Source: Octopus vulgaris (lineage: Eukaryota). From it: 64,000 nt of DNA. Location of the stretch: the NCBI GenBank assembly GCA_951406725.2, contig OX597815.1, positions 103,912,001 through 103,976,000 of the forward strand. The letters run 5' to 3'. The position numbers and the translations under genes were made by a program. Shown piece by piece: positions 13,769 to 22,989 of this stretch (its first letter is position 1; each line of letters starts with the position of its first letter). The notes beneath the pieces are model-generated. The model saw only the letters and a program-made list of their open reading frames with translations, was not told the DNA's origin and ran no database searches.

Positions 13769-15819
13769 ATGGTATACTCTAAAGCTCCTTCCTGTTACTG
13801 TTGCTGCTGGGGTTATTGTTTGGTTCAAGGTCAGCCATCCCTGTTTCAGCAGATTAAATGTCATCTACCCATCAACATAGCGTCTTTCTGTAAACCAGTA
13901 TTGTGTAACTGTAGGGAAATTCAGTCGGTATCTCTAACTCGCTATGCTTACCACGCAAGCTATTTCTTTTTGGATCTCTTCGGTTGTTAAAATTGAGATT
14001 TACGGCATAGACAGAATGTATGATTCTGGAATATGAATTGCTATATTCACTGGTTTTATATCTATAATGCAACTTAGGGTAGAGTTCATTTATTCATATA
14101 CACCTGAATACTATCATTATTATTATTTTGTTGACCTATCTTTAAAAACGTTTTTAGTTTCACAAGAGAGTTTCTATGTAAGCGGTTGAACGGATAGAAA
14201 TAAAACTCTTACATACACTCTAATTAATTAAAAGTACTGACATGGCTTGAAAGCCGTTGATCATAGACCTGCTGTTTAAGGGCTTAGGTGGACTCAGTAA
14301 AACCAGCATATGTTGCAATGGTCACACTGATAGTATTCTTAAGCATTTCATTTTCTCTTGGACTTTACTAAATACTGCTGAATATATATCTTATGGATAA
14401 TTGGTCAGATGATGGTCTGCATTTCACTGAGTATATTCTATGGAACAAAATCAGTAAAATGGAAGGAAAGGAAAGGAACATCAGTCAATCGTTAATAATG
14501 CTGAATGTGCAAAACGCTGAACGGTAGGCTCATGGACATAAAATGTTACAGCTCATAGTTATATCTTATATTCGGAGATCGAATATAGCAGAGGACAAAT
14601 TTGCTCTCGGGCTGAATCTAAGCTTGTGAGTGTATGTGTGTGTGTGCGATAGAGAGAGAGAGGGAGAGAGAGTCTTCTCAATTGATTCACTTTGTGCTAG
14701 TGTCAAAATTTTTTATCAAATCTCACCCCAGCAGTGTCCGTAACATTCAGATGTATCAACATTAAAATATTATAGTTAGACATTACTGTTAAAATATGGA
14801 ACAGCTGTGTCTAATGTAATGGAGTTAGAACCATCGGAGAGACCAGAAATTTCAATGGAATACACCCGTAAAATTTTTTTCTTCGATATTCTGATGATTG
14901 AGTACTAATATTTTTACTTCTTGAGGTATATAAAAGTTTAATATTCTTAAAGACTAAATAGTGTTTTCAACGACAACTACAGGATGAGTTTGTACGCCCG
15001 CCTCTCTCTCTCTCTCTCTCGCTCTCTCTCTCTTTCTTTCTTTCTCTCTCTCTCTTTCTTTCTCTCTCTCTCTCTCTCTCTCCACTTTTCTATCCATCCC
15101 TATCCATCTGAGTATTTATGTGCACCTGTTTATACATCCGTTTTTGTACACTTATGTAATATGTGTGTACGCCTTTGTAGGATACTTTTTCTAAATGCAT
15201 TATAAAACAACGACTTTCTCTTAAAACTGAATATTCAATCGGTCTTTTTTTAAATAAACAGCAAAATAAACTATCTAATCTAACTACGGTAATAAAAGTA
15301 ATTACTGTCGAGTCGTATTTTGTTTCTATTTAATTACATTTTCCTCTAAAAAAAATTACCGTTTAAATATTTCTATGGAAACATAAGCAACAAATTTAGT
15401 AATATTCGACTTCAATCAAATTCTAACACATTATTATTTTATAAAGTAACTATTAAACGTACCTATTTCATATTTACGTTTCAATGGTCAATATACAATT
15501 TCATATGTTAACCTTTCAAACGATTTAATATGTTTTAACTAAACTTAATTTTTAATCAGTTTTATATCACTTTATAAGCTCACCGTAATTATAATGATCC
15601 TGGAGTTTCTGTTTGTTATCATTGCTGCTTGTTCAGAACCAAGTTTACTAAATTATACTTTCACTATATAATTGTTATCTCTCGACGTAAGGTAATCCAA
15701 GAGTAGGCATCGTTCTAGCTATGCCATCTGCAAAAGCTTTTACCACATACATACACACATATATACATACGTATACATTTATACACATATATATGCATAT
15801 ATATACATATATACACACA

Positions 15820-15868
<49 letters not shown>

Positions 15869-16084
15869 ATATGTATACATATATATACATATATATATAC
15901 ATGCATATATACATATTTACATACATGTATATTTATATATATATATATATAATCCAAATTAGAAAACAAGGGATTATCGTATCTTTCATGACTAGTTACA
16001 GTCGTTTCTGTACCAACAATATTTTCAACACCAATTCACGCAAACTTTACATGTGCAAAGTTTAGAAGAAAAAAGCCAGAAATT

Positions 16085-16268
16085 CTATGAGAGGGTGCAA
16101 GTTGATTACATCGATCCCAAGTGCTCAATTGACACTTGTTTTATCGATCCTAAAAAGTTGAATGGTAAAGTTGACCCAGGCTGCATTTGAACTCACAACG
16201 TAAAGTCAGAATAAATGCGACAGGAAATGTTTTACCGGCGCGGTAGCGATTTTGCCAGCTCACCGCCG
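16085..16268 (-). mobile_element. decayed SINE
   Basis: GATTACATCGATCCC...TTTGAACTCACAACGTAAAG...TTTGCCAGCTCACCGCC. Confidence 0.65.
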
Positions 16269-16750
16269 TAAAAATTATATGTCATTGCGGTCTTAAACAT
16301 TAGACTGGCACTTCTTCAGAGCTGCATTTTACGTAGACACAATGTAAGAGCGAAGTTTTGAAGCAGGTCTTAAGAAGCGCCAGGCTAATGCTTAAAACCT
16401 CAAAGAAAAAAAATAGCGTTGGTACATCAACAATTGTAACTGGTCACTAAGATGCGGTAAACTTATTTTTTTCTTCTTATTTGTTTTATATTTTACCTTT
16501 CGCTGCACCACATAATAGTTTCACCGCTTTGACACCTGAAGAATTTCGATCTTCCTTAAGAATGGAAGCCAAGAATATATATGGCGTAAAGCTCGATATA
16601 GGTCGTGCTTTAGAAATAACCCGCTTTTATATCCTTCCGAAATATTTTATATATATATACATGTATATATGTAAATATGTATGTATGAATGTATGCATGT
16701 ATGTATGCATGTATGTAATGTAATTATATATGTATATATATATATAGGTA

Positions 16751-16783
<33 letters not shown>

Positions 16784-16818
16784 GTATGCATATACACATA
16801 TAGATATGTATATATGTA

Positions 16819-16890
<72 letters not shown>

Positions 16891-16894
<4 letters not shown>

Positions 16895-17793
16895 AAAAAC
16901 AAGTCAAAAATAGAAAATGCTAAGATGATTTTATAGTGAATCTTTCAGTACCGGTTTCGGTCATTTTGAGACCTTTTCAACTGTAACGATTAAATAATTA
17001 AATTTTGAAAAATTTAGAAAAATTAGAAGAAAGGTTTTTTTAAAGGAATACTTCCATAGTAGTGTTCAGATATATGTGGCATTCTGCCTTTCTCTGACTC
17101 CCTTGTTTGCACTTGTGTATTCGAGGTCGTTGTGAGTTCTTGAGGGGGTGGGAGTGGGAAAATCTGGGCTGGTCAGTGGCGACCGGCAGTCGCTGCGTAG
17201 GCGTTATACTTTAAGACATTAGTGGGGGTAGAAGGTGGAGAAGTAGAAGAAGAAGAAGAAGAAGAAGAAGATGACGGTGCCGATGATGATGACGATGAAG
17301 AAGAAGAAGGAGAAGGAGAAGATGACGATGATGATGGTGGTGATGACGATGACGACGATGATGATGATAACGATGATGATGAAGAAGGAGAAGAAGAGGG
17401 AGAAGAAGAAAAAAAACAGAGAAGGGAGAATATGAATGGGTGAAGATATAGCTATTTTGGGGCGATTAGTAATGGATTCTATGGAATGTAATATTTGTGT
17501 GTGTATATATATTTCTTTTATTCTTAAGTTGAGCTATATTAATTGTTTGTCGTAGACCCGTTAAGAAGTGGCCTGTATTTTATAATAAAGAGATTTTCTT
17601 TACTTATTCGTTGTCTCGAGGTTGTATCGTCCCTAAATTGGTAGAGGGGGAAAATTCTGAAGTTTGGTGTTTTTTTGTTGGCGCAAGTATCTATGTGTTG
17701 GCTAAAAGCTATTTTTCTGTTTTGGGGAATTTTTATCTGGGATCTGTGCAGGGCCATTCGTTTACGCAAACCATTTTTTGTTTGGCCTATGTA
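16891..17793 (-). repeat. downstream (3') pseudo-LTR: end of GIY-YIG coding region plus 3' UTR
   Basis: 903 bp; differs from 21130-22027 by one substitution (gctAtttt/gctGtttt), a 1-nt A-run change and 6- and 12-nt indels in the GAA/GAT tract, as far as I can read by eye. Confidence 0.95.
16944..16986 (-). ncRNA. minimal type I hammerhead ribozyme (U3-A8 variant)
   Basis: Minus strand reads UUACAG-UUGAAAA-GGUC(UCAAAAU)GACC-GAAA-CCGG-UA-CUGAAA: stem I CAG/CUG, core UUGAAAA, stem II GGUC/GACC, GAAA, palindromic ACCGGU stem III, GUA cleavage triplet. Confidence 0.8.
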
Positions 17794-19863
17794 CTGCTCT
17801 TGACACCCGGAGCAGGTTAGTGAGTATATTAGGTTCTCCGAAGCACATGTGAAGTTGCTTTTCACTGTAAACCGTTGTCCCTGTTTGAAGGAGAACTCAG
17901 AACCCTCGATTAGATAGTCGCATATCCCGCAATTGGGTCTTCCACATTTTTTTACTGTCGGCTTCTGTGTTGAAGAGTGAATTCGGGCTTGTGTTAGAAG
18001 ACTTTTCATGGATCTAGGCTGTCTTTTGCTTTTTATGATCGTGTGTGTTTGGAGGATTGTGTTCATTCTGTGGTCTTTTTTTAGGAGGGATATGTTGTGG
18101 AGGATGGTGCCGAAGGCTTCGTTATTGAGAGGGTTGTGTGTGGAGATGTATGGTAAGGCTTTTGGTTGTAAGTTTTTCTTTGATTTGGGATGTCTCAGTT
18201 CCTTGATGTTAAGTTGAAGGGCACGTTGAATGCACTTGTCAATAAGTGAAGGTGGATAGTTCCTGGTGATAAGGGTATCTTTTAGTTCTTGTAGTCGTGT
18301 GTCTCTGGTGTTTGCGTTAGAGACTATAGTGCATATCCTTTTTGCTAGATTGAAGGGGATATTCATCCTAGTGTGTCTGGGGTGGCATGAATTGAATGGA
18401 AGATATTGCTTAGAGTCTGTAGGTTTATAGTATATGTCTGTTTCTATTATATTATTAGCTTTCTTAATGAGGATATCGAGGAAGGGAAGTTGTTGCTGGC
18501 TATATTCCATCGTGAATTGGATGTTTACGTCCAGCCCGTTTAAAATTTCCTGGAATTCTATGAGTTTTTCTATATTTTTATGCCAAAGAATGAAACAGTC
18601 ATCTAGGTATCTCTTCCAGTTGTTTTCTATGTAGATGGAGAAAGGGCTGCCATATCTTTCTAGAACCTTACGATATAGACTGATCTCTAGGTATCCTATG
18701 ACTAGGTTGGCAAAGGAGGGGGCCATTCGTGTACCCATCGCAGTCCCCGATTTTTGTCGGCAGAAGTTGTCATTGAAGGCGAAGAAGTTATTTTCCAGGA
18801 TGAATTTAACCCCTTCTATCACGAATTCTTTTTTGATGCGGTGTGGTAGTTCGTTGGCGTGATTCTCTAGCCAGAATTGGATTGCCTCTAGTCCTAGGTT
18901 GTGGGGGATATTGGAGTAGAGGTTGACTACATCGAAGGATACCAGTATGGTGTTTTGGTTTATAGTATTCGGTAGGTGATTGAGCATATCTAAGTCGTCC
19001 CTTATATAGCTTTTGACATGTTTGAGGAGTGGTTTTAACAGGGTGTCTAAAAAGTTACTGAGGCGGTGGGTTTCGCATGCGGGACCTGCTATTATGGGTC
19101 TCAATTTGAGGTCATTAGGATTAGGGACTTTAATTATTTTGTCTGTGGCTATCTTGCATGCGTTGCTTATTTTTTCACTTTTGTGGATCTTAGGTATACC
19201 GTAGAATTGGCTAGTTTTACTTGTGAAATTGGTCATATAATCATATTCTTTGTCGGTGAGCCCTGCTTTGTATGGGTTAAATATGGATTTTAGTTCCCTC
19301 ATTATTTTTTGTTGACTGTAGTTTTGTGCCTTTTCATAGTATGTTGTGTCTTCCAGCATAGAAAGAACCAAGGTTATGTAAAAAGTCGTATCCATTAAGA
19401 CAACAGCACTCCCTTTATCGGCCTCTTTGATTGTTATTGTTTTATCTTGTTTTAATTTGTTCAACTCAGCCCATTCTTTTTTGCTGAAGTTTGGTTTGTG
19501 TTTTTGTTTGTGCATATGTTGATATGGGTAATTAGATATGTGGTCACAGAAATCATCAAGTGTTTTGTTCTTACCTTTCGAGGGGGTGTAGTTACTCCTA
19601 TTTCTGGCTAACGATTCGTCCTCGTTGTATTTATCGTATAGCTCCTCAGTAAGTCTTAATTTTCTGCAGAATTCTGCGATGTCTTCTTTCATTTCGTTGT
19701 AGTTGGGGTGTTGTGGGGTGGGTGTAAATTTGAGTCCTTTGGAAAGTATGTTTATTTGGTTTGCTGTTAGTTCCTTGTGAGTTAGATTGATAATTTTTAT
19801 TACTTTTGGTTCCTCCTGCTTGTTTGGTGCTATCTTGTGTCCCTGTGTTTGCGTATTGGGTCT
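17539..19863 (-). CDS. PLE ORF2: reverse transcriptase + Cys linker + GIY-YIG endonuclease (probably a -1 frameshift fusion to ORF1; first in-frame ATG at 19692)
   Basis: Motifs IINLTHKELT..INILSKGLKFTPTP (upstream of the first ATG), EADKG, FYGIPKIHK, LRPII, SFDVVNLYSNIP, GTAMGTRMAPSFANL, RYLDDCF, LPFLDI, YYKPTD..SCHP, CGRPNCGIC, NLIYSLTCSGCQEQYIGQT, RMALH; no stop codons. Confidence 0.95.
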   Translation of the reverse strand, partial: RPNTQTQGHKIAPNKQEEPKVIKIINLTHKELTANQINILSKGLKFTPTPQHPNYNEMKEDIAEFCRKLRLTEELYDKYNEDESLARNRSNYTPSKGKNKTLDDFCDHISNYPYQHMHKQKHKPNFSKKEWAELNKLKQDKTITIKEADKGSAVVLMDTTFYITLVLSMLEDTTYYEKAQNYSQQKIMRELKSIFNPYKAGLTDKEYDYMTNFTSKTSQFYGIPKIHKSEKISNACKIATDKIIKVPNPNDLKLRPIIAGPACETHRLSNFLDTLLKPLLKHVKSYIRDDLDMLNHLPNTINQNTILVSFDVVNLYSNIPHNLGLEAIQFWLENHANELPHRIKKEFVIEGVKFILENNFFAFNDNFCRQKSGTAMGTRMAPSFANLVIGYLEISLYRKVLERYGSPFSIYIENNWKRYLDDCFILWHKNIEKLIEFQEILNGLDVNIQFTMEYSQQQLPFLDILIKKANNIIETDIYYKPTDSKQYLPFNSCHPRHTRMNIPFNLAKRICTIVSNANTRDTRLQELKDTLITRNYPPSLIDKCIQRALQLNIKELRHPKSKKNLQPKALPYISTHNPLNNEAFGTILHNISLLKKDHRMNTILQTHTIIKSKRQPRSMKSLLTQARIHSSTQKPTVKKCGRPNCGICDYLIEGSEFSFKQGQRFTVKSNFTCASENLIYSLTCSGCQEQYIGQTKNGLRKRMALHRSQIKIPQNRKIAFSQHIDTCANKKTPNFRIFPLYQFRDDTTSRQRISKENLFIIKYRPLLNGSTTNN

Positions 19864-21065
19864 AAAAAATGAATGCGGTGGTTGGGACGGTAGCTGTTAT
19901 ATAGTTGTTCTTTGTTGATGTGGGGTCTCCTGTTGTGATTTATGGTGTGTGTTCTTGGAGGAGTATTGAGGAGAGCATCCCGATATCCCATATTCGGGTG
20001 TGGTGTTCTAGGAGGCCTTCGTTGGTAATCATTGTAAGTGGTGTGGGTTTGTTGTGCATGGTTGTTTAACCGGTTGATGGGACGGAGATTTCGTTGGTAA
20101 CTCTTTTGGGTGGGGATAAGGTTGCAGTGTCTATGCTGTGGGTGTTGATTTATCCATTCTCTGCTTGAAGTGGGGGTATTCCTGATATTGTAACGCTGGT
20201 TGCTTACAGAGTTAGGGTTAGGTCCTGTATTCTTTTTTTGAAAGTAGTGAAGGTTCCTATTTTTAGACAGGTGTGTATCGGTGTTTGGGTGCTGTTTTGG
20301 TTTTCTTATTTTCTGGAAAGGGTTGTTGGAGGCGTGCTCTGTTTGAAAGACGGCTTCATAGTCTGAGAACCAAATGGCGCTTTTCTCCCAGCGTTGGAGA
20401 GATTTTAGTTCTTCTTCTTCACAGTCCTCTTTCCATAGTTTGGAGAACTTCTCTTGATCTGGGCCTTGGGTCATTTTGCGAATTTCTTCGTTGATATCTT
20501 CATCGGTGGATTTTATTTTGTCCTCATTCGTTTGGGCCCTCAATTTCAGAAGTTCTATTTCCATTTTCATTTTTTCCAGTGCCATTCTCTCCCTGAGGTG
20601 TCTTTGTGTTTCAGGTTCCTCTGTAATAGCTTTGAACTGGAATTTGCGTGGGAGGATTAACGGGGTCCGGTTGAGCCATTTTTCGTATATATCCGCTTTG
20701 TTGTTGTTTTGGATCATCTTCCAAAAGGCGAACTTTCTATCACTGAGTGATTTGTTCCATTGTGGTATTATGTGGTGTTTCATTTGGTATGTTGTTGGGG
20801 TATTGATCCCATATATTGACGCGTTTGGAGGTCCTTGGTTAGCGTTGTTAGAGAAAAATGTTCTAATTGTTTCGCATAAGTTTCCAAGGTTTTCGACAAT
20901 TTCGGAGGTTGTATTTTTCGTATCTGTTTCCTCATTGTTCTCTCGATTAGGTTGATGTGTCGCGTCGAATTTGTTCAAAAATGTTGACAAATTTGTGTTG
21001 ATTTTCTTGAGTTCTTTCAGTATTTCTTCATTTATGGAGGTGACTGTGTCTGTTTTTGTCGGCAT
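19830..21065 (-). CDS. PLE ORF1: 411-aa protein with predicted coiled-coil segments and a basic N/H/R/P-rich disordered C-terminus; function unknown
   Basis: Stop-free ORF from ATG 21065 (MPTKTDT; the track start at 21116 is a GTG); heptad-like INEEILKELKKINTNLSTFL and LEKMKMEIELLKLRAQTNEDKIKSTDEDINEEIRK; lies between the two pseudo-LTRs on the RT strand. Confidence 0.85.
   Translation of the reverse strand: MPTKTDTVTSINEEILKELKKINTNLSTFLNKFDATHQPNRENNEETDTKNTTSEIVENLGNLCETIRTFFSNNANQGPPNASIYGINTPTTYQMKHHIIPQWNKSLSDRKFAFWKMIQNNNKADIYEKWLNRTPLILPRKFQFKAITEEPETQRHLRERMALEKMKMEIELLKLRAQTNEDKIKSTDEDINEEIRKMTQGPDQEKFSKLWKEDCEEEELKSLQRWEKSAIWFSDYEAVFQTEHASNNPFQKIRKPKQHPNTDTHLSKNRNLHYFQKKNTGPNPNSVSNQRYNIRNTPTSSREWINQHPQHRHCNLIPTQKSYQRNLRPINRLNNHAQQTHTTYNDYQRRPPRTPHPNMGYRDALLNTPPRTHTINHNRRPHINKEQLYNSYRPNHRIHFLDPIRKHRDTR
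19863..19869 (-). promoter_or_regulatory. putative -1 ribosomal frameshift slippery site U_UUU_UUA
   Basis: caT TTT TTA gac lies in the ORF1 frame (X XXY YYZ register), 10 sense codons before the ORF1 stop; the -1 frame continues AGA CCC AAT... without a stop into the RT. Confidence 0.75.
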
Positions 21066-21129
21066 TTTCTGTATCTCGTGTGGGTTAATGATATGTATAA
21101 GGGTGGAAAGGAACACACGAGTTGATATA

Positions 21130-22027
21130 TATGAAAAAACAAGTCAAAAATAGAAAATGCTAAGATGATTTTATAGTGAATCTTTCAGTACCGGTTTCGG
21201 TCATTTTGAGACCTTTTCAACTGTAACGATTAAATAATTAAATTTTGAAAAATTTAGAAAAATTAGAAGAAAGGTTTTTTTAAAGGAATACTTCCATAGT
21301 AGTGTTCAGATATATGTGGCATTCTGCCTTTCTCTGACTCCCTTGTTTGCACTTGTGTATTCGAGGTCGTTGTGAGTTCTTGAGGGGGTGGGAGTGGGAA
21401 AATCTGGGCTGGTCAGTGGCGACCGGCAGTCGCTGCGTAGGCGTTATACTTTAAGACATTAGTGGGGGTAGAAGGTGGAGAAGTAGAAGAAGAAGAAGAA
21501 GAAGAAGAAGAAGAAGATGACGGTGCCGATGATGATGACGATGAAGAAGAAGAAGGAGAAGGAGAAGATGACGATGATGATGGTGGTGATGACGATGACG
21601 ACGATGATGATGATAACGATGATGATGAAGAAGGAGAAGAAGAAAAAAAACAGAGAAGGGAGAATATGAATGGGTGAAGATATAGCTGTTTTGGGGCGAT
21701 TAGTAATGGATTCTATGGAATGTAATATTTGTGTGTGTATATATATTTCTTTTATTCTTAAGTTGAGCTATATTAATTGTTTGTCGTAGACCCGTTAAGA
21801 AGTGGCCTGTATTTTATAATAAAGAGATTTTCTTTACTTATTCGTTGTCTCGAGGTTGTATCGTCCCTAAATTGGTAGAGGGGGAAAATTCTGAAGTTTG
21901 GTGTTTTTTTGTTGGCGCAAGTATCTATGTGTTGGCTAAAAGCTATTTTTCTGTTTTGGGGAATTTTTATCTGGGATCTGTGCAGGGCCATTCGTTTACG
22001 CAAACCATTTTTTGTTTGGCCTATGTA
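21130..22027 (-). repeat. upstream (5') pseudo-LTR, i.e. a 5'-truncated tandem copy
   Basis: 898-bp copy of 16891-17793, including the last ~84 codons of the GIY-YIG domain (track ORF 21773-22003). Confidence 0.95.
21184..21226 (-). ncRNA. minimal hammerhead ribozyme, second copy
   Basis: Identical to 16944-16986, offset by 4240 nt. Confidence 0.8.
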
Positions 22028-22118
22028 AGCAACAGGATATCAAGTAGTAATGCAGAACGGCCGTTTCAAGCGGATCCATTTAATCAAACAATGCAATCAT
22101 CACATCAATTTAAATACA

Positions 22119-22201
<83 letters not shown>

Positions 22202-22479
22202 TTAGTGTATACTCCGTTACGGACGTGGTAGACTACAGTATAAAGCTCGTCCACTTTCAGAATTGCCCAGTACTATCCTGTAGTATTAGTAGTATTATCA
22301 CATACCATCAAGTTCAATTTGGGGCATTCGTCGTGTGTGAATACAAAATTCAAGAAATAAATTGGAGTCACAAGTTGGACAGATATTTCTTAATTGCTAC
22401 AATTGTTTCGAGGCAATGTAGTTCTCCAGGAGTACACCATATGTATGTATATATATATATATATATATATACACATCAA

Positions 22480-22765
22480 ACTGACATTCCGGTACGATCA
22501 ACGGAAGAGCCTGCTCGTGAAATTCCCGTGCAAATAGCTGAGCACTCGACTTAACGTAGTTCTCGGAGAAATTAAGCGTGACACAGATTATGACAAGACT
22601 AGCCTTTTGAAATACAGGTACTACCCATTTTGTTGCCAGTGACTGGACTGGAGCAACGTGAATAAAAAAGCGTCTTGCTCAAGAGGCACAACGCGCCGCC
22701 GAGTAACGAACTCATGACCTTAGGATCGTGAGCCGACTACTCCTAACCATTAAGCTATGCGCCTT
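22480..22765 (-). mobile_element. tRNA-derived SINE, possibly with a CORE-like central segment
   Basis: GGACTGGAGCAACGTGAATAAA..GTCTTGCTCAAG..ACAACGCGCCGCC..CGAACTCATGACCTT..CCTAACCATTAAGCTATGCGCC. Confidence 0.7.
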
Positions 22766-22805
22766 CTCATATAGACACACTCAAACACACAAATATATAT
22801 ATATG

Positions 22806-22872
<67 letters not shown>

Positions 22873-22989
22873 CATGTGTGTGTGTAAACACATACATAAT
22901 TACATACATGCAGATATCCATATAGATTTATATACATATATATATAGACATAAATACATATATATGTGTGCGTATTTATATAAATATTC

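Larger units (their letters stand above)
16891..22027 (-). mobile_element. intact Penelope-like retroelement (Neptune-type), partial-tandem structure, inserted at (TA)n
   Basis: Uninterrupted RT + GIY-YIG ORF, upstream ORF1, two near-identical direct repeats (16891-17793, 21130-22027), hammerhead motif in each repeat, 3' end running into (TA)n. Confidence 0.95.

Noticed and set aside
17222-17443. Acidic 73-aa ORF (and its copy at 21462-21677) as a real protein
   Set aside because: GTG start, pure trinucleotide repeat, antisense to the element's 3' UTR; no independent evidence of coding.
17611-21153. Plus-strand ORFs overlapping the PLE (e.g. 20476-20955)
   Set aside because: Antisense shadows of ORF1/ORF2 with no recognisable motifs.
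21773-22003. Separate 76-aa gene
   Set aside because: It is the duplicated C-terminus of the GIY-YIG domain inside the upstream pseudo-LTR.
16891-22027. LTR retrotransposon interpretation of the direct repeats
   Set aside because: No TG..CA ends, PBS, protease, RNase H or integrase; the repeat includes coding sequence; RT motifs and GIY-YIG are PLE-type.
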